64,000 nt of DNA from an uncultured Verrucomicrobiae bacterium (GCA_963764165.1 CAVXRD010000002.1:160001-224000), one strand, 5' to 3'; counted from the stretch's first letter, positions 1 through 10,254 are shown. Notes: generated by a model from the sequence alone, not told the origin. Translations and numbers: made by a program.

Positions 1-990
1 CATTTTCAGGCCAAGCTTCTTGTAAGTCAGCTCGGTGGCCACGCGGCCTTGCGGGGTGCGGTTGAGATAGCCCTCCATGATGAGGAACGGTTCATAAACC
101 TCCTCCAGCGTGTCCGGTTCTTCACCGACGGAAACGGCCAGCGAATTCACTCCGACCGGGCCGCCACCAAATTTTACCACGATGGCTTCGAGAATCCGCT
201 TGTCCATTTCATCGAGACCGTTTTGGTCGATGGCGAGCATGGCCAGCGCCTGGTCGGCAATTGGCACCGTGATGCGGCCGTCGCCGCGCACTTGCGCAAA
301 ATCGCGGACGCGGCGGAGAAGATTGTTGGCGACGCGCGGCGTTCCACGGCTGCGGCGGGCGATTTCCGACGCTCCGCCATCCTCCATCGCCACCCCGAGA
401 AGGTTGGCGGAGCGAAGAAGAATTTTTTGCAATTGATCCGCGTGGTAATAATCCAACCGCTCGCGAATGCCAAAGCGCGTCAGCAGTGGAGCCGTCAGCA
501 AGCCACTTCGCGTCGTTGCGCCAATCAAAGTAAAGCGTGGGAGCGAAAGACGCACGCTGCGTGCGTTCGGCCCCTGGTCAATAATAATATCCAGCTTGTA
601 ATCCTCCATCGCAGGATAGAGATATTCCTCGATGCTTTTCTGAAGGCGATGGATTTCGTCGATGAACAAGACGTCGCCTTCCTCCAGGTTTGTCAATAAT
701 CCCGCAAGGTCGCTGGCTTTTTCGATGGTGGGGCCGCTGGTGCATTTGAGGTTCGTGCCCATCGCCTTGGCGATGATGTTAGCCAGGGTCGTTTTTCCCA
801 ACCCCGGCGGGCCGCTGAAGAGCAAATGGTCAAGTGCTTCACCGCGTTGCTTGGCGGCTTGAACGGCAATTTCGAGGCGTTCCTTGACATTGGCCTGGCC
901 GACAAATTCGGAGAAAAGCGATGGCCGCAGCGTCATTTCCAACGCCGCGTCCGGCTTCGCCAGCACGTCTGTCATTTTACGCTCCGCCAT
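1..990 (-). CDS. ruvB: Holliday junction branch migration helicase RuvB (3' end runs off the window)
   Basis: Own translation of the minus strand from ATG 990: [10 protein letters not shown]...[12 protein letters not shown]...[17 protein letters not shown]...LFIDEIHRL...[18 protein letters not shown]...[17 protein letters not shown]. Not in the ORF track because no stop is in the window. Confidence 0.95.
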   Translation of the reverse strand, partial: MAERKMTDVLAKPDAALEMTLRPSLFSEFVGQANVKERLEIAVQAAKQRGEALDHLLFSGPPGLGKTTLANIIAKAMGTNLKCTSGPTIEKASDLAGLLTNLEEGDVLFIDEIHRLQKSIEEYLYPAMEDYKLDIIIDQGPNARSVRLSLPRFTLIGATTRSGLLTAPLLTRFGIRERLDYYHADQLQKILLRSANLLGVAMEDGGASEIARRSRGTPRVANNLLRRVRDFAQVRGDGRITVPIADQALAMLAIDQNGLDEMDKRILEAIVVKFGGGPVGVNSLAVSVGEEPDTLEEVYEPFLIMEGYLNRTPQGRVATELTYKKLGLKM

Positions 991-1212
991 GTGCCATGGA
1001 GAATGGGCAACCCGGCGCGGAGCGACAAGGGAAAACTCGCGGCAGCAAAGGGCACGGACACAGATCAGCTTTTGGCAGAGTCGGATTGCTGCGCCGAACC
1101 GAAGACGATCCGCTACAGCGCCCCCGGGACCGATTCAAGAGTCGATCTGTCCCTTTTTAGAAACTCCTTTTCTTTTTTCTCGGACACACAACAATTACAT
1201 TGCTAAGCTTGG

Positions 1213-1258
1213 CACGGGGGCATTGAAGGCCAGCAATGCCCCCCGTGTTAATTTATTT
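1213..1258. terminator. GC-rich stem-loop, possible terminator between murJ and ruvB
   Basis: CACGGGGGCATTG-N8-CAATGCCCCCCGTG followed by TTAATTTATTT on the + strand. Confidence 0.35.
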
Positions 1259-1412
1259 GTCGAAGGAATTGGAAGCAAAATGCAAATCAAATCCAAGCAA
1301 ACCAAATTTGAACCGATGCCGCGGGGGAAAGTGAGTTTGCAAATTCTGATTCGCGCTCAGAGGATTCATCCCACGCCCACCGTAGAATTAGCGAAGGAGG
1401 GGCAAAGCGTCC

Positions 1413-2981
1413 TTACCTTTCTGGGGCGACGCGCGATGTGATCATCGCGAGCATTTCGCGAGCGGACGAAACTTTCATGAACCAGCACAGCACGAAATAA
1501 ACGATGCTGGCCGCAATCATCGGCAGAAAAACTTCTCCCAACCGAGGCAGGAGCGTGGCGTGGCCAAAATGGTTCGACCAGAGTTTCGCGCCCCGCCAAG
1601 CCACCAAGCCAGCCACCAATCCCGCTGCGGCGAGCGAAGGCAGTTGGCCGAGCACCGTTTTCATTTCGAGCGTCCGCAATTTTTTCCTCAACGCAAAAGC
1701 GAGCAAAGATAAATTGACCACCGCGCTGGTGGAATTGGCAACGCCCAGCGCGCCTGCTCCAAGGTTAAACACCAGCAACAATGTCGCCGCCATGATCAAA
1801 TTTATGACCAGGCAGAAAACGCTTATTTTCATTGGCGTGACGAGATCATTAACCGCGTAGAAAGCGCGCGCAAAAATGTTGACGAGCGAGAACGCAATTA
1901 ATCCCGGGACGAGGCACATGAGCGCAAAACTTACGCGCTCCGTCGAATGCGCGTTGAAAAGCCCGCGTTCAAAAAGCAGCCGGATGATCGGCTCGGCGAG
2001 CGTGAAAAGAAGCACCGACGCGAGCAAGTTGATAAAAATCAAATGCCCCACTGCCTGGCGAAGGGTCAGCCGGAATTGAGGATAATTTTTATCGATTGCC
2101 AGTCCGGCCAGGGTTGGCAGCAGGAAGGTGGCCAGGGACAGGCCGAATACGCCTTGCGGCAATTCCATCAAGCGAACTGCGTAGGCAAATTGCGCCAGGA
2201 TTTTCGCATTCTCACCAAAGGCCAGCCCCTGCGTCAGCGAGACATTGATTTGAAAAGCCGCCACTCCAATCGTGCTGGGAATCATTTTCTTGACAACCTC
2301 GCGGACGGCTGGATCGCGCCACGGCGTGACCCAGCGATAGCGAAATCCCTCGCGGTGCATCGTCGGATATTGGAAGAACGCCTGCGCAATGCCCGCCGCC
2401 AGAACACCGATGGCGAGGGCGTAAATTCTTGTGTTGAGCGTCGGCCCCATTCTCGGCGCGAGGAGGAGCACCGAGGCGATCATCACCACGTTCAAGACCG
2501 CCGCACCGAGGGCCGGAATAAAAAAATGGCCGCGCGCATTGAGGATGCCGATGAACACCGCGCCCAGGCATGCCAAGCCCATATAGGGAAACATCATCCC
2601 CATCAGCTTCAGCATGAGCTGCGTATTGGGATCCCAATGCCCAAGCAGCAAAAGCGCGCCAAGCACCGCCAGCGCCACAAATATGATTCCCGCCGAAACC
2701 GCCAGCAAACCGGAGATGACCGCGTTCGCCGCGTTCCACATGGATTCCGCGCCCTCCGTTTTCTCCTTGGCCTTAAAGACCGGAATGAACGCCGCCGTCA
2801 GCGAACCTTCACCAAGAAGCCGGCGAAAAAGATTCGGCACAGTGAAAGCGAATACGAACGCGCCATACACGTCGCCAGTCCCCATAAAGCCGGCGTAGAC
2901 CTGCTCCCGCACCAGGCCCAGCACGCGGCTGGTCATGGTGGCCGCGCCAATCCCGCCCGACGATTTCAACATTTTGGACAT
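1413..2981 (-). CDS. murJ: Lipid II flippase MurJ (MviN)
   Basis: SRVLGLVRE, AFTVPNLFRRLLGEGSL, RLMELPQGVFG motifs; highly hydrophobic 522 aa. Confidence 0.95.
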   Translation of the reverse strand: MSKMLKSSGGIGAATMTSRVLGLVREQVYAGFMGTGDVYGAFVFAFTVPNLFRRLLGEGSLTAAFIPVFKAKEKTEGAESMWNAANAVISGLLAVSAGIIFVALAVLGALLLLGHWDPNTQLMLKLMGMMFPYMGLACLGAVFIGILNARGHFFIPALGAAVLNVVMIASVLLLAPRMGPTLNTRIYALAIGVLAAGIAQAFFQYPTMHREGFRYRWVTPWRDPAVREVVKKMIPSTIGVAAFQINVSLTQGLAFGENAKILAQFAYAVRLMELPQGVFGLSLATFLLPTLAGLAIDKNYPQFRLTLRQAVGHLIFINLLASVLLFTLAEPIIRLLFERGLFNAHSTERVSFALMCLVPGLIAFSLVNIFARAFYAVNDLVTPMKISVFCLVINLIMAATLLLVFNLGAGALGVANSTSAVVNLSLLAFALRKKLRTLEMKTVLGQLPSLAAAGLVAGLVAWRGAKLWSNHFGHATLLPRLGEVFLPMIAASIVYFVLCWFMKVSSAREMLAMITSRVAPER

Positions 2982-2998
2982 GCCGGAACGCGCCGCCG

Positions 2999-4732
2999 CT
3001 ATTCTCCAAGCTTCACGAGTTCGGATTGCACCATTTGCACCAGTGGCTCGACGGTCTTGCGGCTGAAATCAAATCTGCACCCGGCGGCTTCAAACAATTC
3101 GGGAAGCGGGCGCGAGCCGCCCAGCGCCAATCCGCGCTGATAAGCCTTCAACGCGCCTGCCTTGTCGGACTTCGAATTGCTCCAAACTTGCAGAGCGCCA
3201 AGTTGCGCGATGCCGTATTCCACGTAATAGAACGGATGCAGGAAAATATGAAGCTGGCGGTGCCACAAATTTGCGCGAACCGATTCGTAATCGCTCCAAT
3301 CGACATCGCCGCCGAAGCGCTTCATCAGATCCACCCACGCCTGCTGGCGCTCTGGCCGCGTGTGGCCGGGATGCGAGTAAATCCAGTGCTGGAACGCATC
3401 GACGGTCGCGATCCACGGGAAGATGTCAATAATACCTTCAAGATGCTTCCGCCGCGCCCGCTGGGCGTCATCGGTGGAATAGAATTTTTCGAGAAATTCA
3501 TTGCCGAGCAATTCCATGCTCATCGACGCCACTTCGCAAAATTCTATAGGCGCGCTGCGGTAGGCGTACATGTCATCCTCGCGGGCGGCCAGGGCGTGAA
3601 AGGCGTGGCCGGCTTCGTGCAAAATGGTTTCGACGTCGCGCTGCATGCCAACAGCGTTCATGAAAATAAACGGCAGGCGCGATTCGTTCAGGGTGGATTG
3701 GTAGCCGCCCGGCGCTTTGCCTTTGCGATTCTCCAAATCCAGCAAGCGCTTTTCCCGCATCAGCCGGAAATCAGCGGCTAGCGAACTGTCCAATTGGTTG
3801 AAAATATCCTGGGTGGATTCGATCAGCGCATCCACTTTTTCGAAGGGTCTCAACGGCGCCTGGCTCGCCGGATCAACGGCTAGGTCCCACGGGCGAAGTG
3901 TCGCCAACCCCAGCTTTTCGCGGCGGCGCTCCTGTAACTTGCGAAGCACGGGAACCACGCACGTCTCGATGGCGTCGTGAAATTTGCGGCAATCCTCGGC
4001 GGTGTAATCGAAGCGGCCGCGTAATTTGAAAGCGTATTCCAAGTAGTTGGGAAACCCGGCGTTGGCGGCGATTTTTTCCCGGAGTTTGAGCAAACTCTCA
4101 AAGAGTTCTTCAATGCGGTCGGCTTCTTGCAATCGTCGCTGCGCCGACAATTCCCACGCTTCCTGCCGGAGAGCGCGGTCAGTCTCCTCCTGGAAACGGC
4201 CCATTTGCACGAGCGTTTTTTCCTCGCCGCGAAACTTCACCGTCAGCGAGCCGATCAGCTTCTGGTATTGCTGCGAGAGCTTGGCCTCCTCCGTTTCCAG
4301 CGGGACGTTTTCGTCGCGGTAAAGCTCCACCTGCACCTGGCAACTTCTGTCAAAAACAAAATATCGATCCGTTGAAAGTCCGGCCCGCGCCGGGTGCGCG
4401 AGGTAAAGCTTTGCCAGGTTGAACTGCTTCGGCTTGGTGAACGGCTCCACGTTCTCGACGAAATGAAGATAGGCCTTTTCCGCCTCGGGATTATCCGTGT
4501 GGCAAGTCATCGCGATGTAGCGCCGGGACGATTCCTCATCGAGCGCCGCCGTCAATTCGCCGCCATCGATCAGCCAGCGCTCCAATTCCGCCGCCGTGCG
4601 GGCTTTGGCGGCTGCGGCCTCCAGCTTGTCAAACAAAGGCTCAACCTGCTTCCAATCACCCAAATCAATCGACTTGGGCACGAAGGACCGGGGCCGGTAG
4701 GGAGGTTGCGGATCAAATGGCAGCAAATTCAT
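2999..4732 (-). CDS. M3 family oligoendopeptidase (PepF-like)
   Basis: HEAGHAFH zinc motif, EVASMSME, HPFYYVEY; start taken at ATG 4732 (MNLLPF). Confidence 0.9.
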   Translation of the reverse strand: MNLLPFDPQPPYRPRSFVPKSIDLGDWKQVEPLFDKLEAAAAKARTAAELERWLIDGGELTAALDEESSRRYIAMTCHTDNPEAEKAYLHFVENVEPFTKPKQFNLAKLYLAHPARAGLSTDRYFVFDRSCQVQVELYRDENVPLETEEAKLSQQYQKLIGSLTVKFRGEEKTLVQMGRFQEETDRALRQEAWELSAQRRLQEADRIEELFESLLKLREKIAANAGFPNYLEYAFKLRGRFDYTAEDCRKFHDAIETCVVPVLRKLQERRREKLGLATLRPWDLAVDPASQAPLRPFEKVDALIESTQDIFNQLDSSLAADFRLMREKRLLDLENRKGKAPGGYQSTLNESRLPFIFMNAVGMQRDVETILHEAGHAFHALAAREDDMYAYRSAPIEFCEVASMSMELLGNEFLEKFYSTDDAQRARRKHLEGIIDIFPWIATVDAFQHWIYSHPGHTRPERQQAWVDLMKRFGGDVDWSDYESVRANLWHRQLHIFLHPFYYVEYGIAQLGALQVWSNSKSDKAGALKAYQRGLALGGSRPLPELFEAAGCRFDFSRKTVEPLVQMVQSELVKLGE

Positions 4733-4795
4733 TTTCAAAGGATAAATGGCGCGACAAAAACCACAAGGGCGCAACAAAATTTCGGTGAAAGAATT

Positions 4796-5308
4796 TCAAT
4801 GCTTCCGAGTCAGGAAGCAAAACAAACCGAATAGCACGATCAGAAGCACCAGCGTCAGCGCGACGAAGCGATTTCGCGCCACTCTTTTCTCGTAGCGCAA
4901 CGGGCGCAATCCCTGAATGTTCCCGGCGGCCAGATAATTCACCAGCTTCGGATTGGCGGCGGGCGGGCTGCGGAAATAATTCTTGAACCGATCCAGCGCC
5001 GCGACGAGATCGAATTTCCGCGCGCCCTGCTCGTTGAAATGCGACTCGGTCGTCGGCGGTTCGCCGATTTCCTTGAGCGGTTTCTGGTCGACGTGCTCGA
5101 AGACCGGCTCAGGATGGTGCGGTGTGCGCGGCGGCGCGGCGGCGCCCGGCGGATAGGCGGTGGAGCGAAATTTCCTCGGGTCTTCCGGCTCAACCTGCTT
5201 GTTGAGCTGTTTGATGCGGGCTTCCAGTTCGGCGATTTTGCCGGTCAACTCCCGCGACCGTTCAGTAATGGGATCGGCTTTTCGCTTGAACAATCCCTTG
5301 TCCCCCAT
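4796..5308 (-). CDS. Hypothetical protein, N-terminal coiled coil and C-terminal TM anchor
   Basis: ATG 5308 overlaps the upstream stop (TGATG); C-terminal FVALTLVLLIVLFGLFCFL. Confidence 0.7.
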   Translation of the reverse strand: MGDKGLFKRKADPITERSRELTGKIAELEARIKQLNKQVEPEDPRKFRSTAYPPGAAAPPRTPHHPEPVFEHVDQKPLKEIGEPPTTESHFNEQGARKFDLVAALDRFKNYFRSPPAANPKLVNYLAAGNIQGLRPLRYEKRVARNRFVALTLVLLIVLFGLFCFLTRKH

Positions 5309-5979
5309 CAATGCCGCCATAACAGCGCCGCGAATATCGCCGCGCCCAAAACTACCAGCGGCCAAGTCAGCGCCAGGCCAATCTTGAACAACTGAAGCAT
5401 GCTGGTTTCAGGCGATAAAATGGATGGATGTGCGGGTGTTTTCGATTCGGCGGCATTGGGCGCAGTCCCGCTCAAAATCGAAAATCTCAAACGCGCCGAG
5501 TTCCATTCCATCCGCGCGTTTTCGACGGTGGTTGAAGCGGTGGTCAATTCAACATGGTGATTATCGGAGGTCCACGCCTTTTCGTTGATGGCTTGGACTT
5601 TTTGAACGGTCACGCGAAAATCGGCCAGGGTGCGGGCCATGGCTTCGGTTTCGCGGCGGGCGGACATTTCGGCCTCTTCGAGCAAACCAATGCCACGAGT
5701 TAAATTATGCAGCATTTCATCGCGGCCAGTCTGAAATTCAACTTGACGCCGGCGCAACTCCTCAAGCCCGGCGCGCTCGCGCTCGAGTTCCTCCTGGGCT
5801 CGCTTCAGCTCGGCCAGACGGATTTGCTTTTCGCTGACCATGGCCTCGATTTCTTCGCGCGTGGGGGGACGATTGGGCGCGGCGGGGCCGGACGATTTCG
5901 CGGGGGCAACAGTCGCTTGCGACGGCTGAAAGTCACTGTCGATAAATTCCCCGGCATCGTGGTGAGCGGACATAGGCAT
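5308..5979 (-). CDS. Hypothetical coiled-coil protein with C-terminal TM anchor
   Basis: Long heptad-rich region, hydrophobic tail; starts 15 bp after the smc stop. Confidence 0.75.
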   Translation of the reverse strand: MPMSAHHDAGEFIDSDFQPSQATVAPAKSSGPAAPNRPPTREEIEAMVSEKQIRLAELKRAQEELERERAGLEELRRRQVEFQTGRDEMLHNLTRGIGLLEEAEMSARRETEAMARTLADFRVTVQKVQAINEKAWTSDNHHVELTTASTTVENARMEWNSARLRFSILSGTAPNAAESKTPAHPSILSPETSMLQLFKIGLALTWPLVVLGAAIFAALLWRH

Positions 5980-5994
5980 GTGAAGGTAGTCTGT

Positions 5995-8900
5995 TTACTT
6001 GGCCATGACAATGGTTTCTTCCGGCGCTCCCTCGCCAGATCGCAGACGATTGGGAGGCGACGACTCCGCTGCCGCGGTCGCGTTTCCATTTTCGTGGCTG
6101 TGACCGTTCCCGTTTCCGTTGGCGTGTTCGGCGGCATGGCCGTTTCCATTTTCGCCGCCGCCATTTCCCTCGGCGGTTTCATTCGCTTTGTGGAATTTGA
6201 CGCTGACAATTTTGCTCACGCCATGCTCTTGCATGGTCACGCCGTAAAGCACGTCGGCCATCGAAATGGTGCGCTTGTTGTGCGTGATGATGACGAATTG
6301 CGATTGCACCAGAAAGCGCTGGAGGACTTTGACGAATCGGTTGACGTTCGCTTCATCGAGCGGGGCGTCCAATTCGTCCAGCACGCAGAACGGGCTGGGC
6401 TTCACCTGATAAATCGAGAACAATAGCGCAACAGCCGTCATCGTCTGCTCGCCGCCGGAGAGCAGCGAGATGCTTTGCAGTTGCTTGCCGGGCGGGCGCG
6501 CCACGATGTCGATGCCGCATTCCAAAACGTCGCCTTCTTCTGTCAAAATAAGATCCGCTTTGCCGCCGCCGAAAATCTCGACGAACATCGTTCGGAAATT
6601 ATCGCGCACTTTCTCAAACGTCTCGACGAACATCTGGCGCGTTTGCGTGTTGATGCGATTGATGACGTCCACCAATTGCGCTTTGGCTTGGACAAGATCG
6701 TCGTTTTGCTTGGTGAGGAATTGATAGCGCTGCTCGGTTTCCTCGTATTCGTCGATGGCGACGAGATTCACCGGCCCCATTTCATCAATGCGCGACTGCG
6801 CTTGCGCGACTTGCGCCGCGACGGCATCCCAATCGGTCGCCGCTCCACTGGCCGCCATCTCCTCGGGTGTCAGCGTCTGGATTTTCGGCGCGCCTTCTTC
6901 GGCCACCGTGATGGTGATGCACTCGCTGCGAATATCTTCGAGGTTGATTTGATATTTCTCGCGAATGCGGTCGCGCACGTTTTGCGAAGCCATCGTCTTC
7001 TGCGCCAACTCAACTTCCACCGATCCGCGTTGCGCTTGCAAATCGCTCAAGGCGCGGCGCTGTTCGCGCAATGAAGCATCGGCCGTCTCGATTTGCTCCT
7101 CGATGACGTTCTTCTGCTCCATCATTTCCGTCACTTGCGCGCTGACTTGCTCGCGTTGATGAGCGAGCGCTTCGATCTTCTGGCGCGCATCGGCAATTTC
7201 CATTTCCGCCTGGCGTTTGCGGTCGAGGAAAGACTGAACTTCCTTGCGGCGCTGTTCGGCCAGATGCGTCAATTCCGTGATGCGCTGTTCGAGCGGGCGC
7301 TTCTGATTGGCGAAGGAGTGAGCCAACTGCTCTTCGGTGGCGAGCGCAACTTTGGTTTCGGTGAGCGAAGTATTGGCGGCGTCGCGCTGCTGGCGCAATC
7401 CTTCCAATGACGCCGTCGTCTGCGCGACGGCGGCCACGCTTTCCTGCTCGGCGGTTTCGAGAGTGGCGATGCGGGTGGCGATGGCGTCGCGCTTCTTCAA
7501 GCCCTCCTCTTCCTGCCCTTTGAGGCTGTCGATTTCATAAACAACCGTCTCAATTTTCTGGCGCAGCATGCGGGCGGAATTTTCCAGCGCCTTGAACTCG
7601 CCCTGCCGCGTGGCAATGGCGACTTCCTGCGTGCGCAACGCCGTTTGCGCCTCGTGCAAGCCCGCCTGCAATTGTGTCTGCTCGCTGGCGAGGGCGCCCT
7701 TTTGCCGGCTGAATTCGTTGACACTCTCCTGCAATGCCGCGACCGCCGCCTGCAATTCGGCGATTTGATTCTTGCGGCCCAAAATAGACGAGGCGGCTTT
7801 GCCGGAACCATTGCCGCTGGCATAACCGCCGGTGAAAATTCCGTTGCGGTTCAACAATTCGCCCGCTGCCGTCACAAAGTCGCAAGCACCGTTGGTCGTG
7901 CGCCAAGCGTCGGTGGCAGCAGCCAAATCCGGCGCAATCCAAGTCTGGCCGAGCAGGCGCTGCAAGAGCGGCTGCACGCTCGGATCGGCCTGAATCACGC
8001 TCATCGCGGAAACACAGCTCGCCAGAGCTTCGTGTTGGATCGTCTCGGCGCCCGCGGGGGCAGCCAATTGCAACGCGGCGATGCTGGCGCGGCCGGATTT
8101 CTTTTCGCGCAGGTCGTCGAGAATTTGCCGCGCGGTCTCCGGCTGCTCCGTCAATACCAATTGAAGATGGTGGCCGAGCGCGGTTTCAATGGCTACGACG
8201 TGCGGATCCGGCACGCGGATTTTATCCGCGAGCGAACCAAGAACGTTGGTCGCCGTTTTCAGGGCTGACAACGCACCCGGCGCAAAGCCTTCGTGTTCAG
8301 ATTGCAATTGCTCGAGCACGTTGAGCCGTGAGCGTTTTTCGGCGCTTTGGCGAAGGACGTCGTCCAATTGGCGCGTCACGACGACCAGTTGCTCCTGAAT
8401 TTCGCGCAAGCGGCGCTGGCGTTCTTCCACAGTGCCGCGGTGCGTTTGGGCGTTCAGCAATTCTTCCTGCACGCTGACGGAAAATTGCTGCAAGCGGGTC
8501 TCCAAGCCCACACGCTCTTCCTCGAGCTGAATTTTTTCGGCGGAAAGTTTTTCGAGGCGGATGGCGTTTCCCTGCTTTTGCAAATCCAGCGCGTTGATTT
8601 CGTTGCGGGCGCGGCTGAGGTGCTGCGTCGCTTCGAAGGCCCGCGCTTGCGCCTGGCGCAGCGTTTCCTGATCGGCGCGAAGGCTTTGCTCAACGGTTTG
8701 CAATGCCTGGCGTTTGCTGTCCAAGGTCTGGCGATGTTCAAGGACGGCCGCTTCGGCGGTCGCCAAACGGGCGGCGACGCTCTCCAATTCCTGGCGGGCC
8801 GCCACCACGCGCTCGTCGGCTTGCGCGATGTCCTGCATGGCGCGGGAATTTTGCGCTTCCAAATCGCGCTGGCGATCTTCGTTGAAATGAATGCGGCTTT

Positions 8901-9819
8901 CGTTGCGGTCGATCTGGCCCTTGAGTTCCAAACCCTGCTGCTGGAGGTGGCCGATCTGCTGCTCCTGCTCGGAATACTGCGCGCGCAAAATGCTAATTTC
9001 GTTATCCGCGCGCAGGACCGTTTCGGAAAGCGTCTCGATTTGCTGGCGCGATTGCTCCAACTGCGTTGTGCGGGCCTGGATGTCGGCTTGAAGGACGTCG
9101 AAATGATGGCGCGCCAACTGCGTGTCGAGGTGCTGCAGCTCAGTCATCAGTTGCTTGTAACGACGAGCTTTGCCGGCCTGGCGTTGAAGCGAGCCGATTT
9201 GGCGCTTCACTTCGCGAATTAGGTCAGCGACGCGGAGCAGATTTTGGTCGGTCGCTTCCAATTTGCGGAGCGACTCTTTCTTTTGAGCTTTGAACTTGGT
9301 GATGCCCGCGGCTTCCTCGAATACCAGCCGGCGATCCTCGGGTTTGCTGGAGAGGATTTGGGTGATGTTCCCCTGCGCCATAATACTATAACTGGTGCGC
9401 CCGACGCCCGTGCCCATGAAAAGCTGCTGGATGTCCTTCAGCCGGCACGGTGTTTTGTTGAGAAAGTATTCGCTGGAACCGTCGCGAAAGACCCGGCGGG
9501 TCAGCGTGACCTCGTTGTAGGCGATTTCCACGCCCGCCGCCGAAAGATGTTCGCCATCGACGCCGCCGATGGTTAGCGACACCTCGGCCATGCTGAGGGG
9601 CTTCCGGGAATCCGTGCCGTTGAAAATGACATCCGCCATCTCGCCGCCGCGCAGGGCTTTGGCGGATTGCTCGCCCAGAACCCAGCGGATAGCGTCCGAA
9701 ACATTGGACTTCCCGCAGCCGTTAGGCCCGACGATGGCCGTTACACCCGGCTGGAAATTCAGCGAGGTCTTGTCCGCAAACGATTTGAACCCTAGAACAG
9801 TCAAATTCTTCAAATACAT
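5995..9819 (-). CDS. smc: Chromosome segregation protein SMC
   Basis: MYLKNLTVLGFKSFAD, Walker A GPNGCGKSN, long coiled coils with hinge, LSGGEQ signature, LDELDAPLD; likely start ATG 9819. Confidence 0.97.
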   Translation of the reverse strand: MYLKNLTVLGFKSFADKTSLNFQPGVTAIVGPNGCGKSNVSDAIRWVLGEQSAKALRGGEMADVIFNGTDSRKPLSMAEVSLTIGGVDGEHLSAAGVEIAYNEVTLTRRVFRDGSSEYFLNKTPCRLKDIQQLFMGTGVGRTSYSIMAQGNITQILSSKPEDRRLVFEEAAGITKFKAQKKESLRKLEATDQNLLRVADLIREVKRQIGSLQRQAGKARRYKQLMTELQHLDTQLARHHFDVLQADIQARTTQLEQSRQQIETLSETVLRADNEISILRAQYSEQEQQIGHLQQQGLELKGQIDRNESRIHFNEDRQRDLEAQNSRAMQDIAQADERVVAARQELESVAARLATAEAAVLEHRQTLDSKRQALQTVEQSLRADQETLRQAQARAFEATQHLSRARNEINALDLQKQGNAIRLEKLSAEKIQLEEERVGLETRLQQFSVSVQEELLNAQTHRGTVEERQRRLREIQEQLVVVTRQLDDVLRQSAEKRSRLNVLEQLQSEHEGFAPGALSALKTATNVLGSLADKIRVPDPHVVAIETALGHHLQLVLTEQPETARQILDDLREKKSGRASIAALQLAAPAGAETIQHEALASCVSAMSVIQADPSVQPLLQRLLGQTWIAPDLAAATDAWRTTNGACDFVTAAGELLNRNGIFTGGYASGNGSGKAASSILGRKNQIAELQAAVAALQESVNEFSRQKGALASEQTQLQAGLHEAQTALRTQEVAIATRQGEFKALENSARMLRQKIETVVYEIDSLKGQEEEGLKKRDAIATRIATLETAEQESVAAVAQTTASLEGLRQQRDAANTSLTETKVALATEEQLAHSFANQKRPLEQRITELTHLAEQRRKEVQSFLDRKRQAEMEIADARQKIEALAHQREQVSAQVTEMMEQKNVIEEQIETADASLREQRRALSDLQAQRGSVEVELAQKTMASQNVRDRIREKYQINLEDIRSECITITVAEEGAPKIQTLTPEEMAASGAATDWDAVAAQVAQAQSRIDEMGPVNLVAIDEYEETEQRYQFLTKQNDDLVQAKAQLVDVINRINTQTRQMFVETFEKVRDNFRTMFVEIFGGGKADLILTEEGDVLECGIDIVARPPGKQLQSISLLSGGEQTMTAVALLFSIYQVKPSPFCVLDELDAPLDEANVNRFVKVLQRFLVQSQFVIITHNKRTISMADVLYGVTMQEHGVSKIVSVKFHKANETAEGNGGGENGNGHAAEHANGNGNGHSHENGNATAAAESSPPNRLRSGEGAPEETIVMAK

Positions 9820-9867
9820 GCTGGGAGTGAAAAGAACACAAAATCCCCAGCGTTGTAAAGGAAAAAA

Positions 9868-9883
9868 CCACCATATATGGGGG
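9868..9883. promoter_or_regulatory. NrdR-box-like palindrome upstream of smc
   Basis: CCACCATATATGGGGG; near-exact reverse complement of the box upstream of nrdJ; fits acaCwAtATaTwGtgt. Confidence 0.6.
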
Positions 9884-9967
9884 GTTAAGGGCGAAAAAAG
9901 CACTCTGGATGGGGTTTTTGAGGGTTTCTCCCTGTTTTCAGCGGAATGAGGATCTCCGCAGCAGCCT

Positions 9968-10254
9968 TTTGCCGGAAACCTGTTTTGGGGAGCGCAATCT
10001 GGGTGCAACTGGGGCTTAAAAACGCAAAGTGAAATAGGGTGCAATAGGGTGCAACGCCAAAACAGAACAACTGGGCTGCGGCGCATGAGCGCGAAGTGCC
10101 GTGCCGCGCTTCTTCCCATAATCTGACCTTGCATATATAGATGCACTTTGACACGACCAGGGCTGGACGGAAAACCTACCGGAGTGTTTTCTGCACGATT
10201 TTTGGAGAAATAACGGGGAAAATTGAATCAGGAACGACCGAACTCAGGAAAAGA
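9968..10254. repeat. ~290-bp non-coding module also present upstream of nrdJ (53583-53889)
   Basis: Six colinear conserved blocks shared with 53583-53889 (see findings). Confidence 0.7.

Noticed and set aside
49..699. Plus-strand 216-aa ORF and similar long antisense ORFs (1947-3140, 21109-22167, 34655-35998, 51524-52549)
   Set aside because: They are shadows of well-supported genes on the opposite strand in GC-rich DNA.
991..1412. Small RNA or ORF in the ruvB-murJ gap
   Set aside because: Two hairpins are visible but there is no recognisable RNA family or credible protein.
9820..10146. 109-aa N-terminal extension of SMC in the ORF track
   Set aside because: The canonical SMC start MYLK is at 9819 and the extension covers operator and repeat DNA.
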